From Catalimonadaceae bacterium (GTDB lineage: Bacteria > Bacteroidota > Bacteroidia > Cytophagales > Flexibacteraceae), in contig JBIPNA010000001.1 in assembly GCA_044375665.1 (NCBI GenBank), forward strand, positions 1-42,705: DNA of 42,705 nucleotides, written 5' to 3'. Positions 1-9,159 of the stretch are shown piece after piece. The translations under genes were made by a program, and so were the position numbers. Position 1 is the first letter of the stretch. Each line of letters starts with the position of its first letter. The notes under the pieces are model-generated. The model ran no database searches. It was given only the letters and a program-made list of their open reading frames with translations, and had not been told where the DNA came from.

Positions 1-3000
1 ATGGTACCAATTAAAGTGGAAAAGCCTGAACAAATGGAATCCTGACTTGCCAGGTCAAAAAACGGAAGTGGATTAACCTTAACTACAATAGAATCAGAGT
101 TAGAACAAGCTGGCTCTCCCGGCAAAACCAGGCCTTCTGTTTTCCTTAGCTTGTATGTATAGTATTGAATCTGAGTACTATCTGGATTCAAACTAACCGT
201 TGTTGTATCGCTGGTTGGGAAACCCAAACCTGTTGGTGGATTCCATTGGTACAAGGCTGAATCTGACTCTAAAGTACCAATAAGTGTTTTAGCACCTGAG
301 CAAATGGTGGTAGAGTCTGGTCCTGCATTTACAATTGGGAGGGCTTTTACCTTCACTGTCAGGGTATCGGTATTTTTACATTTGGTCTGCTCGTTGGTTT
401 TCTGAAGAACATAAGGGAAGAAAATAGCAGGGCCTCCAACAACCGGATTGATCAAACTGATTAATGTTGAACCAGTAGAATCATTTTGGAGGCCATTTAT
501 GGGACTCCAGACATATGAAAATCCGCCTTGACCATTCTCTCCAATCCGGATACTATCGCCTGAACACAAAGTAGTGTCGTTTCCTGCCCTGACTATGGGC
601 AGGGGATTTACCCGTATCATGATGGACTTTTCCCTTGAACACGAAGTGCTGTTATTGGTAACCTGTAGAAAGAATGTTGAGTCCACAGGTACCTGATTAT
701 TGTTGGTTAGTAGAACATTGGTTTGAGAAGATATGGAATCTGACAAACCAAATGAGGGAGACCATAAATAGGAAAATCCAGCCTGATTAACAGTACCGAT
801 GCTTGTCGAAAACCCTGAACAAATGGAATCCTGGGTTGCCAGTTCGAAAAATGGCAATGGATTAATCCGAAGTGTGATAGAATCTGTATTAGAACAAGCT
901 GGTTCTCCTGGAAGTGGTGATATCAATACTTCTGTTTTGGTCAGGAAGTAGCGGATGAATTGAGGCTGAACACTATCCGGATTCAAGGAAACAAGTGTAG
1001 TATCTTCCGTTGGTGTACCCAGGCCTGAGGAGGGAAACCAATTATAAGTAGCGGACTCATTTTCAATAGTTCCCAAAACCGCCTTTCCTCCGGAACAGAT
1101 GACCGCTGTGTCAGGACCTGCATTAACGGAAGGCAGGGCTTTAATCGCCAAACGAACAGTATCGGTAGATGTACAGGAACTGGCCCGGTGAATTGCCTGC
1201 TGAACATAAGTGGCTATTTGAGTTCCTGAACCAGGATTTGACAATGTGGCCAATGTTGTAAAGCTGGTATCCGATTGCAGACCTGATGAAGGAGACCATT
1301 GGTAAGAATAAAACTGATACCCAGTATTTTGGCCTTCGCCTATTATTCTGGACAAACCGGAACAAAGAATAGAGTCAGGTCCTGCTTTCGCAATTTTGGG
1401 AATCCATTTTACGACTACAGTATCCTTTGCCAAACAACCACCAGGACCACTACTGGAAACAATAAAAGAAGTGGTATCACCAATAGTAGCTTTTGGCTGT
1501 CTGATGATATTTGAATTCAAAAAAGAAGCAGGCACCCAGCTTACCTGATTATAACCACCTGCCGCATTCAAAGTAATGGAAGAGTCCTGACATACAAATT
1601 CTGTTGCCGAAGTAGCCTGGATGGGCACAAACTGGAACTTCCTGATGAGTTTTGTTGTCGAGTCTTTACATCCTAATCCACTGGTAACAATCAATTTGAC
1701 CCTTGCAGTGTCGCCAGGGAAGGTCACATTAACGGAATTACCAGTATTCCCCCCGATAATACTCCCGTTTATCATTTTCCACTCCCTTCCTGTTCCTGAG
1801 GTGACCGAATAGGTAGTGGAGTTATCTGTGGAACAAATGGAATCCTTTCCGAGAATAGTGGGGGCTTTAAATGGATTTACGATAATCGTGTAAACGACGG
1901 TATTCGTTTTGGGAGGGCAACCCCTGTCCGAATATCGCACTACAACAGAATAGTTCCGGACAATTCCTCCTGTCAATCCACAATTAATTTTCCACCGAAA
2001 CAGTGTAGAAACTGTATCGGTTCCCGTAACGGTTGGACAAATTGCAAGGGATCCAGGATTGGTCAAAGGATCAAGTAATTCAGACGTAGCTTCAATAGTA
2101 GTTGTATCCACATCAAAGGATTTAAATGGAATAACCACACTATCTCCCTCTGATCTGATAAAAGTAGTTCCTACGCCGGTTGTGTTAATGGGGTTCGGTG
2201 GAGGATTGTCCTGGCAATCCTTTACCACCACAAGAAACTCTCGTCTGGTGGTGGATAACAAAATCTCGACACCATTGGAAAGGGTTCGATATTCCTGAAT
2301 ATCTACGGCCACAGCATAATTGCCGTTTACATTGCAAAAATACTTGGTAAGGCCTGTAGAGGGGTTAATGAAAGCGTATCCTCCCGGGCCAAACGGTTGC
2401 TCAACTGAATATCCTGCCTGATAAGTAGCCACATCTGGCTCTGAGAAGGTTGGAGGTATCTGGCCTCCTGAGCCAGAATATGGCTGAGCAAAGGAATAAA
2501 TCAATCGATCCCCGTCAGGATCAAAAGCGTTGTTGGATATTGAAATAGTATCTCCCCGACAGAAAAATGGAACAGCGTCTCCAATAAACTGAGGAGAGCT
2601 GTTTACAAAAATCGGTGATGGGATACTGGCTACCCAGGAATTTCCCGGATTATTGTTCCCACCGGGAAAGAAAATATTTGTAGTATTTTCTGTCCGGCAG
2701 CAATTTTCATATTTTACCTTGTAACCAGAAGCTGACAAAGGCAACTGGACCTCAAAAGTAGTGTCCGTAATTGCGATATTTAACTCACTCAAACCAGGCA
2801 CAACACAAGCCGCCGGGACAGGAATTACAAGTGGACGAATGCCGCCATAGTACGGATTAATGGCGCAGGGACCTTGAACCTGTTCACCATGACTTGGCAA
2901 TAACCATGTAGCATTGAGCAATTGCGTTGCACCTGGAACCCTTGGAATCCTTTGATTGGTTCCTGCATCATAAATGCTTAACAGTGGAAATGATTCCAGA

Positions 3001-3203
3001 TTGCCACAACCCCAGTTACTTAATTCACCTGGTGTACCTACCCGATCTACATAACCGACAAATCGGATTTGATATCGGAATGGGCGGTCCGCAGGACCAT
3101 CGTTGCCTAAGTAACGATATGTAACTTCACCACCAAGGATGTGTGTTCCGAAGGCATTTAGGCCAAAAAACATCAGCAATAAGATGCTGTAAATCTTCTT
3201 CAT
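1..3203 (-). CDS. Large repetitive cell-surface protein, N-terminal ~1067 aa (3' end lies beyond the window start); probable T9SS-exported adhesin
   Basis: Absent from the supplied track because it runs off the edge. The reverse-strand ATG at 3203-3201 gives MKKIYSILLLMFFGLNAFGTHILGGEVTYRYLGNDG... I translated this frame down to position 3 without meeting a stop. It has a signal peptide, a ~450-aa N-terminal region, then at least 7 Cys-containing ~85-90-aa Ig-like modules (pattern AGPDS.ICSG....G......Y.W.P..GL). The THILGGE.TY start is typical of Bacteroidota proteins that end in a type-B sorting domain, but that end is not visible here. Confidence 0.8.
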   Translation of the reverse strand, partial: MKKIYSILLLMFFGLNAFGTHILGGEVTYRYLGNDGPADRPFRYQIRFVGYVDRVGTPGELSNWGCGNLESFPLLSIYDAGTNQRIPRVPGATQLLNATWLLPSHGEQVQGPCAINPYYGGIRPLVIPVPAACVVPGLSELNIAITDTTFEVQLPLSASGYKVKYENCCRTENTTNIFFPGGNNNPGNSWVASIPSPIFVNSSPQFIGDAVPFFCRGDTISISNNAFDPDGDRLIYSFAQPYSGSGGQIPPTFSEPDVATYQAGYSVEQPFGPGGYAFINPSTGLTKYFCNVNGNYAVAVDIQEYRTLSNGVEILLSTTRREFLVVVKDCQDNPPPNPINTTGVGTTFIRSEGDSVVIPFKSFDVDTTTIEATSELLDPLTNPGSLAICPTVTGTDTVSTLFRWKINCGLTGGIVRNYSVVVRYSDRGCPPKTNTVVYTIIVNPFKAPTILGKDSICSTDNSTTYSVTSGTGREWKMINGSIIGGNTGNSVNVTFPGDTARVKLIVTSGLGCKDSTTKLIRKFQFVPIQATSATEFVCQDSSITLNAAGGYNQVSWVPASFLNSNIIRQPKATIGDTTSFIVSSSGPGGCLAKDTVVVKWIPKIAKAGPDSILCSGLSRIIGEGQNTGYQFYSYQWSPSSGLQSDTSFTTLATLSNPGSGTQIATYVQQAIHRASSCTSTDTVRLAIKALPSVNAGPDTAVICSGGKAVLGTIENESATYNWFPSSGLGTPTEDTTLVSLNPDSVQPQFIRYFLTKTEVLISPLPGEPACSNTDSITLRINPLPFFELATQDSICSGFSTSIGTVNQAGFSYLWSPSFGLSDSISSQTNVLLTNNNQVPVDSTFFLQVTNNSTSCSREKSIMIRVNPLPIVRAGNDTTLCSGDSIRIGENGQGGFSYVWSPINGLQNDSTGSTLISLINPVVGGPAIFFPYVLQKTNEQTKCKNTDTLTVKVKALPIVNAGPDSTTICSGAKTLIGTLESDSALYQWNPPTGLGFPTSDTTTVSLNPDSTQIQYYTYKLRKTEGLVLPGEPACSNSDSIVVKVNPLPFFDLASQDSICSGFSTLIGT
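21..1213 (-). repeat. Intragenic tandem super-repeat with a period of 789 bp (263 codons, three Ig-like modules per unit)
   Basis: Positions 21-417 align by eye with 809-1213. The identical 20-mer cctgaacaaatggaatcctg occurs at 25-44 and 814-833. The 14-mer ttagaacaagctgg occurs at 100-113 and 889-902. Both pairs are offset by exactly 789 bp. The copy at the window start is truncated, so the repeat may continue upstream. Confidence 0.7.
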
Positions 3204-3239
3204 TGATCGAACGATTTTATCAGATTAAAAACGGTTGAA

Positions 3240-6200
3240 TTATTTTTGAATGACAAGTCGGTGAACCTGGGGTCCCCTTCCTGTCTCAATCCTCAATTGG
3301 TAAATTCCATTTTGGCAATTTCCCAGGTTAATAGACTCATTTTGAGCGTAATCTGCCCAGTCACCTTTTGCAACTTCCCGCCCGTTCATGTCCAATAATT
3401 TCCAACTATTTAATGTTGAAAAACTACTTGAAACATGAAATTTCCCTGTTCCCGGGTTGGGGTAAATGAGAATTCCAGAGTTACCCAGAATTTCCTGGTT
3501 TCCAACAGCCCAAATAAGCCTTACCGAATAATCCTCCACCTGACCGCTTGCAGGGTTGTAACAGGCATTTGTAATTTGATTAAACCGGCTATCGGTGATA
3601 ATCCTCATGCGTACAGGAACACCCGCACATTGAAGTGCTGTAAATACCGGATTGGCACTATGAACATTATTGTTTGATGAATTGAGGATGGCTTCTGTAT
3701 TCTCAAAAATTCCATTGTTATTAAAATCAATAAAGGCACGACAGTTTTCACGGTTGTTTCCTGCAGAACTGTTTACAATAATCGGATTGGTTTGGTTTGA
3801 GGTCAGTACCAATATTGAAGTTGTATCCGAACATGTATAGTCCTGATATCCTCCATCAGCGGCCGACAAACCTGAAGTCCGGTCAATACTTCCAAACCGA
3901 ACCCTGGTAATTCCGCTGGCAACACCAGGACTCACTACTGAATTAATGCAGGAGGCCGGCTTGGGGCCATAAAGTGCTGCAATGAAAACATAATCTTCAA
4001 TGGTTACAGAATCAACCCCGAAATTATTGGCAACCTTTAATTTAACAGTATAAAATCCGGTATTAAGATATTGATGCGTTGGATTCTGAACTGTGTCAGT
4101 CATCCCATCACCGAAATCCCAAAACCAGGATGTTGGCACAAAACTACTGGAATCTCTAAATTGGATATAGCCATTACAACTTTGCTGGCTAACGGATGAT
4201 ATCTGACTTATAGGGGCCGAACTGTTTTGTTTTACCACAACTGCATAGTCCTCTACCTGGCCAAAATTGGGATTATTGCATGGCTGTATATTTCCCCCTC
4301 CTGGTCCTCCGCCACCGAAATCAGAGATAACTCTGAATCTTAATGCCGTATCTAAACGGGCATTTGCAGGAATAGAAACTAAACCGGTATGAGAAGTAGA
4401 ATTGGTTGTGTTTAAAATCCGCTCTGAAGGATCCTCGAAGTTCCCATTATTATTCCAATCAATCCATGCTCGGCAACTTTCTGGAAAATTTGTATTGGTC
4501 AGAACAGTGATGGTATAGGATTGACCCACTATCAATTCAGTTCTATCTGAACAGGACGCGTCAACATAATTCTCCGTGGGTGCAGTTGGGCTTATTCTGC
4601 TAATTGTATTAAGTGTAACACTTCTGATGCCCACCCCTTGGTTGTTCACAGTGTTCACCGTTGAGGGCTGACATGGGGCGGGTTTCAAATTCAAATTATC
4701 AACAACCTGGACGTAATTGATTTTTGAAAGGGTATCTCCTCCATTGGCATTGGAAACTCTAAGAGTAACAGTGTATTGACCTGGATTGGAATAAGTATGT
4801 GTCGGATTTCTAAGAGAAGAAGAGTCTCCATCTCCAAAATACCACTTCCATGCAGTGGGTGCATTAAAAGAAGTATCGGAAAAGGAAATTGTGCCTGAAC
4901 ATGTCAGAACTTCATTGGCAGCAAATAATGCAATCGGTGGTTGGCTGTTACCCTGGAGGATTATCTGGTAATCCTCGGCTTGCCCAAATTGCAAAGGGCT
5001 ACATGCCCCACTCAAATTCCCATTTGCAAAGTCAGAGACTACCCTTACCCTTAAGCCTAAACCTGCGGCGGCGTTTCCGGGAATGGCAATGGTTCCACCA
5101 TGATTCGTGGATGCATTTGAACTGAATGCCAACTCATTGTCTGAAAAACTACCATCATTATTCCAATCGATCCAGACCCCAACATTTTCCGGGTTTGTTC
5201 CGGAATTGGTAATGGTAATTGGTATGGAGGTGCCTACAATGGCAGATCCAATGGTTCCACAAGTGAAATCCCGGTTCCCTTCAGCAGCGTTGCCTGATGA
5301 CTGGTTTATTCCGGCAAAATTCACCTGACTAATGCCGTACTGACAACAGAAACCAAGAATTACTGGTGCGCAAGAGCTTGGCACCATTCCGGTCACCTGA
5401 GTAACCTGAATATAATTTGGGCGAATCAGCGTATCAGAGCCAAATGCATTGGTGGCTATCAACTTAATGGTGTAGGTACCAGCTGCAGCGTAATTGTGGA
5501 GTGGGGAAGGCTCAGACGAAGTAGTTCCGTCTCCAAAATCCCATAAATAAGAATCTGGCAGATTAAGTGAGCTATCAGTGAATTGAACTATCCCTGAACA
5601 AGAAATGGGGTTTGAAGTGGAAAAGAGTGCCTTGGGTTTTGATGTATTTGTTAATACAACGACTCCATAATCTTCGGCTTGTCCCAATTGAATATTGCCA
5701 CAAGAATTTATTCCACCTGCGTTCTGGAAGTTTGAAGCTACCCGCATTCTTAAGGTGGTATTTTCAGTTGCAGTTGATGGAATGGTTAAAACGATGGAAT
5801 GAACTGTGTCGGCTTGGGAGAACATGACCTGCTCATCAGTGGCAAAAGTTCCATTGGCATTCCAATCAATCCATACCCGAACTTTTTCAGGTTGTTCTCC
5901 AGAATTCTTTATGGTTAAAGTTACGCTCTGCCCTTTGAGAACCGAGGTTTGATCCGAACAGGAATAATTTTGATATCCTTCGGAGGAGTTTCCGGATTGC
6001 TTCAAAATAGAACCAAAACGAACCTCCTTTATCCCTGTTCCAAGCTGAGGTCCACCTGCCTGGGTATTTAATGTACAAGCCGCTGCCGGAGCTCCAAAAT
6101 AATTAACCGCCTTCGGTGTTGTAATAGAATCGACCCCATATGGCCCTGCTACCAAAAGTTTGACATCATAAGAACCTGTATTTGAATAGGTATGGGTGAT

Positions 6201-7571
6201 GTTTGGAATTAGAGTTATCGAATCAGTTCCATCTCCGAAAAACCAGTGATACAAAGAGATTACATTGGTCGAAGTACTTGAAAATGAAAAAGTAGGTTGG
6301 CAAAAATCAGAAGAACTTATTTGAAAAGAAGCAATGGGAGCTTGGGTATTTGCATTGATATAAACTGTATAATCCTCACATTGACCTTTGTCAAGGCTTG
6401 TACAGGGACCAAAAGGCCCACCGGCGAACTCGCTGATGACCCGCATCCTTAGTGGGCGATTCAGCTTGACAGAAGTATCATTCGATATTAAAACCGAACC
6501 TTCCGGGTTTCTGGCGTTAAGAGCTTCAAAAACAACTTCGTTGCTCTCGTAAATACCATTGCTATTGTAATCTATCCATATCCTTGTATCCTGGTTTTGG
6601 TTTGGATTGGTTCCTACCAAAACTGGGTAAGCTCTACCCTGCAAGAGGCTTACCCTCTTTGTGCAGGAATAATTCTCGTAGGATCCCAAACCAGATGTAT
6701 TGTCCAGAGTGTGAATTTTCACTCTGGATATTCCATAGCCACAGCAATGATTGATCGTAATTGGCTGACAAACAGCTGCAACTGGGACTGAGTCATTGTA
6801 TCGTACGAGATTAAGTTTAATCAGCGAATCAACTCCATTGGGAGAAGACACTTTTAGCTTTACACTGAATAATCCTGGAAGAGCATATTGATGAACAGGA
6901 TTTTGAAGATTTGAAGATTGGCCATCACCAAATTCCCATGTCCAACTTGTCGGGTTATTTATTGACTGATCTGTAAAAGTGACATTTCCGGAGCACGTAA
7001 GTGTATCCGAAACCGTAAATGCAGCAATTGGGGGGGTAACATTTTCCTGAAGGATAATGGCATAATCTTCAACCTGGGAATACTCCGGAGTAGTGCAAGG
7101 GCCAGGCAAATTTGCCGCTGTAATTAAGTCGGAAGATATCCGCAATTTAATTTGCTGGCCAGTCACCCCCGAAGGAATGGTGATATTGGCCGTATGGACT
7201 TTTGCATTATTCGAACTGAACAACAATTCAGTTGAAGCAGTGAAGGACTGATCGTTATTGATATCAACAAAAATCCTAAGGTTCTCTGAAAAAGTATTCC
7301 CTGTCCTGACCACAATCTGAATTGGTGAGCCGAGGGAAACGGTTGTAGCCCCTAAAGAACAAAAATCCTGGTAGCCTTCTGTTGCCCCAGAACTATTGTT
7401 AATAAATGTTGGTCCGATTTTGACTTGAAAAATACCCCCTCCAAAAAGAGCCGCCTGAGCATTGGTTGCATTACCTGGAGTGCAAGCATTGGGAATAGGA
7501 CACTGGCTAAACGAAGGCTTTGAAACCCAACCAATTAAGGCAAGGGTAAACAAATAGTAAAAAAATTTCAC
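3240..7571 (-). CDS. T9SS-secreted multidomain surface protein: six GEVED-like modules alternating with five PKD domains, plus a type-A C-terminal sorting domain
   Basis: 1443-aa ORF with a GTG start at 7571 and signal peptide MKFFYYLFTLALIGWVSKPSFSQ. There are six G-Q-[VAC]-E-D-Y motifs (SQVEDY, GQCEDY, GQAEDY x2, GQVEDY x2), each preceded by WIDWN..G.F and LR.RV.SDF. There are five W.FGDG....NP.H.Y PKD signatures. A sorting-domain-like tail is present. Confidence 0.9.
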   Translation of the reverse strand: MKFFYYLFTLALIGWVSKPSFSQCPIPNACTPGNATNAQAALFGGGIFQVKIGPTFINNSSGATEGYQDFCSLGATTVSLGSPIQIVVRTGNTFSENLRIFVDINNDQSFTASTELLFSSNNAKVHTANITIPSGVTGQQIKLRISSDLITAANLPGPCTTPEYSQVEDYAIILQENVTPPIAAFTVSDTLTCSGNVTFTDQSINNPTSWTWEFGDGQSSNLQNPVHQYALPGLFSVKLKVSSPNGVDSLIKLNLVRYNDSVPVAAVCQPITINHCCGYGISRVKIHTLDNTSGLGSYENYSCTKRVSLLQGRAYPVLVGTNPNQNQDTRIWIDYNSNGIYESNEVVFEALNARNPEGSVLISNDTSVKLNRPLRMRVISEFAGGPFGPCTSLDKGQCEDYTVYINANTQAPIASFQISSSDFCQPTFSFSSTSTNVISLYHWFFGDGTDSITLIPNITHTYSNTGSYDVKLLVAGPYGVDSITTPKAVNYFGAPAAACTLNTQAGGPQLGTGIKEVRFGSILKQSGNSSEGYQNYSCSDQTSVLKGQSVTLTIKNSGEQPEKVRVWIDWNANGTFATDEQVMFSQADTVHSIVLTIPSTATENTTLRMRVASNFQNAGGINSCGNIQLGQAEDYGVVVLTNTSKPKALFSTSNPISCSGIVQFTDSSLNLPDSYLWDFGDGTTSSEPSPLHNYAAAGTYTIKLIATNAFGSDTLIRPNYIQVTQVTGMVPSSCAPVILGFCCQYGISQVNFAGINQSSGNAAEGNRDFTCGTIGSAIVGTSIPITITNSGTNPENVGVWIDWNNDGSFSDNELAFSSNASTNHGGTIAIPGNAAAGLGLRVRVVSDFANGNLSGACSPLQFGQAEDYQIILQGNSQPPIALFAANEVLTCSGTISFSDTSFNAPTAWKWYFGDGDSSSLRNPTHTYSNPGQYTVTLRVSNANGGDTLSKINYVQVVDNLNLKPAPCQPSTVNTVNNQGVGIRSVTLNTISRISPTAPTENYVDASCSDRTELIVGQSYTITVLTNTNFPESCRAWIDWNNNGNFEDPSERILNTTNSTSHTGLVSIPANARLDTALRFRVISDFGGGGPGGGNIQPCNNPNFGQVEDYAVVVKQNSSAPISQISSVSQQSCNGYIQFRDSSSFVPTSWFWDFGDGMTDTVQNPTHQYLNTGFYTVKLKVANNFGVDSVTIEDYVFIAALYGPKPASCINSVVSPGVASGITRVRFGSIDRTSGLSAADGGYQDYTCSDTTSILVLTSNQTNPIIVNSSAGNNRENCRAFIDFNNNGIFENTEAILNSSNNNVHSANPVFTALQCAGVPVRMRIITDSRFNQITNACYNPASGQVEDYSVRLIWAVGNQEILGNSGILIYPNPGTGKFHVSSSFSTLNSWKLLDMNGREVAKGDWADYAQNESINLGNCQNGIYQLRIETGRGPQVHRLVIQK
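3243..3482 (-). other. T9SS type-A C-terminal sorting domain (Por_Secre_tail-like) of the 1443-aa protein
   Basis: The last ~80 aa read ILIYPNPGTGKFHVSS...WKLLDMNGREVAKG...INLGNCQNGIYQLRIETGRGPQVHRLVIQK. This fits the YPNP...l.d..G+.v....l..GiY.l.i pattern of TIGR04183-type domains. Confidence 0.7.
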
Positions 7572-7709
7572 TTGATGAACGATTAATAGGAACTCAGGAT
7601 GGCAATAAACAAAACAAATGGCAGCCCTGACAAATTACCCTCCTTATAAGTCAGATAACTCGACAAGACAACCAATTAATAAGCTAGACAAGTTCGGTTG
7701 ACAAAAGGT

Positions 7710-8879
7710 TTAAATCCCTGATAAAAATAATGCATTTTCCAAATCATCCTGTAAATGTTCCGCTTCATCCAACCCACAATACAACCTGACCAGGTTGGGC
7801 GGAAATGGGCCTGAATGATAATTGGATGAGGAAACCATAGCTGCCGCAGGAAAACAAAGCGACTCGTAACTCCCCCAGGAACATGCCAAAAGGAAGTATT
7901 TTAATGAATTTGTAAAGGCAGAAATTTTTTCCAGCTCTTTAGTTTTTAATTCAATACTCATTAAACCACCACAACCACTCATCTGTTTTTTGGCGATTTC
8001 ATGTCCTGGGTGGCTTGGTAGAAATGGGTAATAGACTTTCTCAACAGCTGGATGGGATGCTAAAAAGCCTGAAATCTTCATCCCATTTTCGTCACTTTTC
8101 TTAACCCGAAGCTGCAAAGTCCTGAGACCTCTCAAAATAAGCCAGGCATTCATTGGACTCATGGTACCTCCTAAAGTCATGTACTCTCCAGAAAAAATCC
8201 GCTCCCTATCTTCATTTGAACACACTAAAACCCCTCCAACAACATCGCTGTGTCCGGATAAATATTTTGAGGCAGAATGTACAACCATGTCAGCTCCAAG
8301 GACAATCGGATTCTGGAAAATGGGAGTAGAATAACTGTTGTCAACGATGGTCTTTATTCCAAAAGATTTTGCCAGACTGGTTATTTCACCGATGTCCTGG
8401 ATTTCAAATGTGAAAGAATTGGGAGTTTCCAAATAAATAACTTTCGTCCTGCCTTGAATTGCACTTTGTACAGATGGTAAATCGCCTTCAACAAAAGATA
8501 CATCAACTCCAAATTTTGCCAACCAAATCCGAAGCAACTTTCCTGTCCAACTGTAGGGCTTTTGGACACAAACAACATGGTCTCCAGCCTTTACCTGTGA
8601 ACAAACCGCAGCCGCAATCGCAGCAGATCCGGAAGCGAATAAAAGACAAGCTTCTCCTTTTTCGAGGGCAGCAAGCTTTGTTTCCAGCATTTGAAGATTA
8701 GGATTTGTCCCTCTGGTATAAAAAGGTTGAGTAGACTCCTTTTGAAGAGCCATTTGCATGGCTTCAAGATTGGGAAATGAAAAAAGACTGGTCAAAAAAA
8801 CAGGCGGCGAACCAGAGTTTAAATATGCGGATCTGGTCTCTCCGGCATGATTAATTATATAGTCTAACGGCTGGTCCAT
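7710..8879 (-). CDS. Cys/Met-metabolism PLP-dependent enzyme (cystathionine beta-lyase / gamma-synthase / methionine gamma-lyase family)
   Basis: The PLP-lysine motif is HSASKYLSGHSDVVGGV. Other conserved stretches are YTRGTNPN, LLFASGSAAI and IYLETPNS. I moved the start to the ATG at 8879 (MDQPLDYIINHAGE), giving ~389 aa. The track's 28 extra N-terminal residues look non-coding. Confidence 0.85.
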   Translation of the reverse strand: MDQPLDYIINHAGETRSAYLNSGSPPVFLTSLFSFPNLEAMQMALQKESTQPFYTRGTNPNLQMLETKLAALEKGEACLLFASGSAAIAAAVCSQVKAGDHVVCVQKPYSWTGKLLRIWLAKFGVDVSFVEGDLPSVQSAIQGRTKVIYLETPNSFTFEIQDIGEITSLAKSFGIKTIVDNSYSTPIFQNPIVLGADMVVHSASKYLSGHSDVVGGVLVCSNEDRERIFSGEYMTLGGTMSPMNAWLILRGLRTLQLRVKKSDENGMKISGFLASHPAVEKVYYPFLPSHPGHEIAKKQMSGCGGLMSIELKTKELEKISAFTNSLKYFLLACSWGSYESLCFPAAAMVSSSNYHSGPFPPNLVRLYCGLDEAEHLQDDLENALFLSGI

Positions 8880-9159
8880 TTGAATTTCGCTTGATGGTTT
8901 TGAAAACCCAAATAAGGTAAAAAAATCCCTCTGGAAAGAGAAGTGGATTACAACAGAAATCAAATGCTTTGAAGGGAGGCACCACCTGAAAACTCAGTCT
9001 GATTTCGGTTTGGATGAATGTTTTCCCCTGACCATGTCTAAATTGAAATCCTAATACTTCTGCACATGAAGCCAATGTTTTGAAACGTTTTTCTGAAAGA
9101 CTTCCCAGGTGACTTCCAAAGCACTCAGAACTTGGCAGAACACATAAAACTCCCCTTAT

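Noticed and set aside
3240-7571. Possibility that the repetitive adhesin genes are targets of phase variation or diversity generation.
   Set aside because: There is no invertase or reverse-transcriptase gene, no template-repeat/variable-repeat pair, no flanking inverted repeats, and no long homopolymer or short-unit tract near the starts.
7710-8963. Long N-terminal extensions in the track ORFs. Examples are 7710-8963, 10473-11783, 23929-29469, 29466-30518, 31731-32420, 39180-41534, 16149-16694 and 22108-23340.
   Set aside because: Internal ATGs give family-typical N-termini or proper signal peptides, and they avoid overlaps with neighbours. The extensions are treated as open but untranslated sequence.
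8880-9159. SAM-I riboswitch upstream of the Cys/Met PLP gene.
   Set aside because: The conserved SAM-I core elements are absent on both strands. Only a weak hairpin plus a U-run remains, and that is reported separately at low interest.
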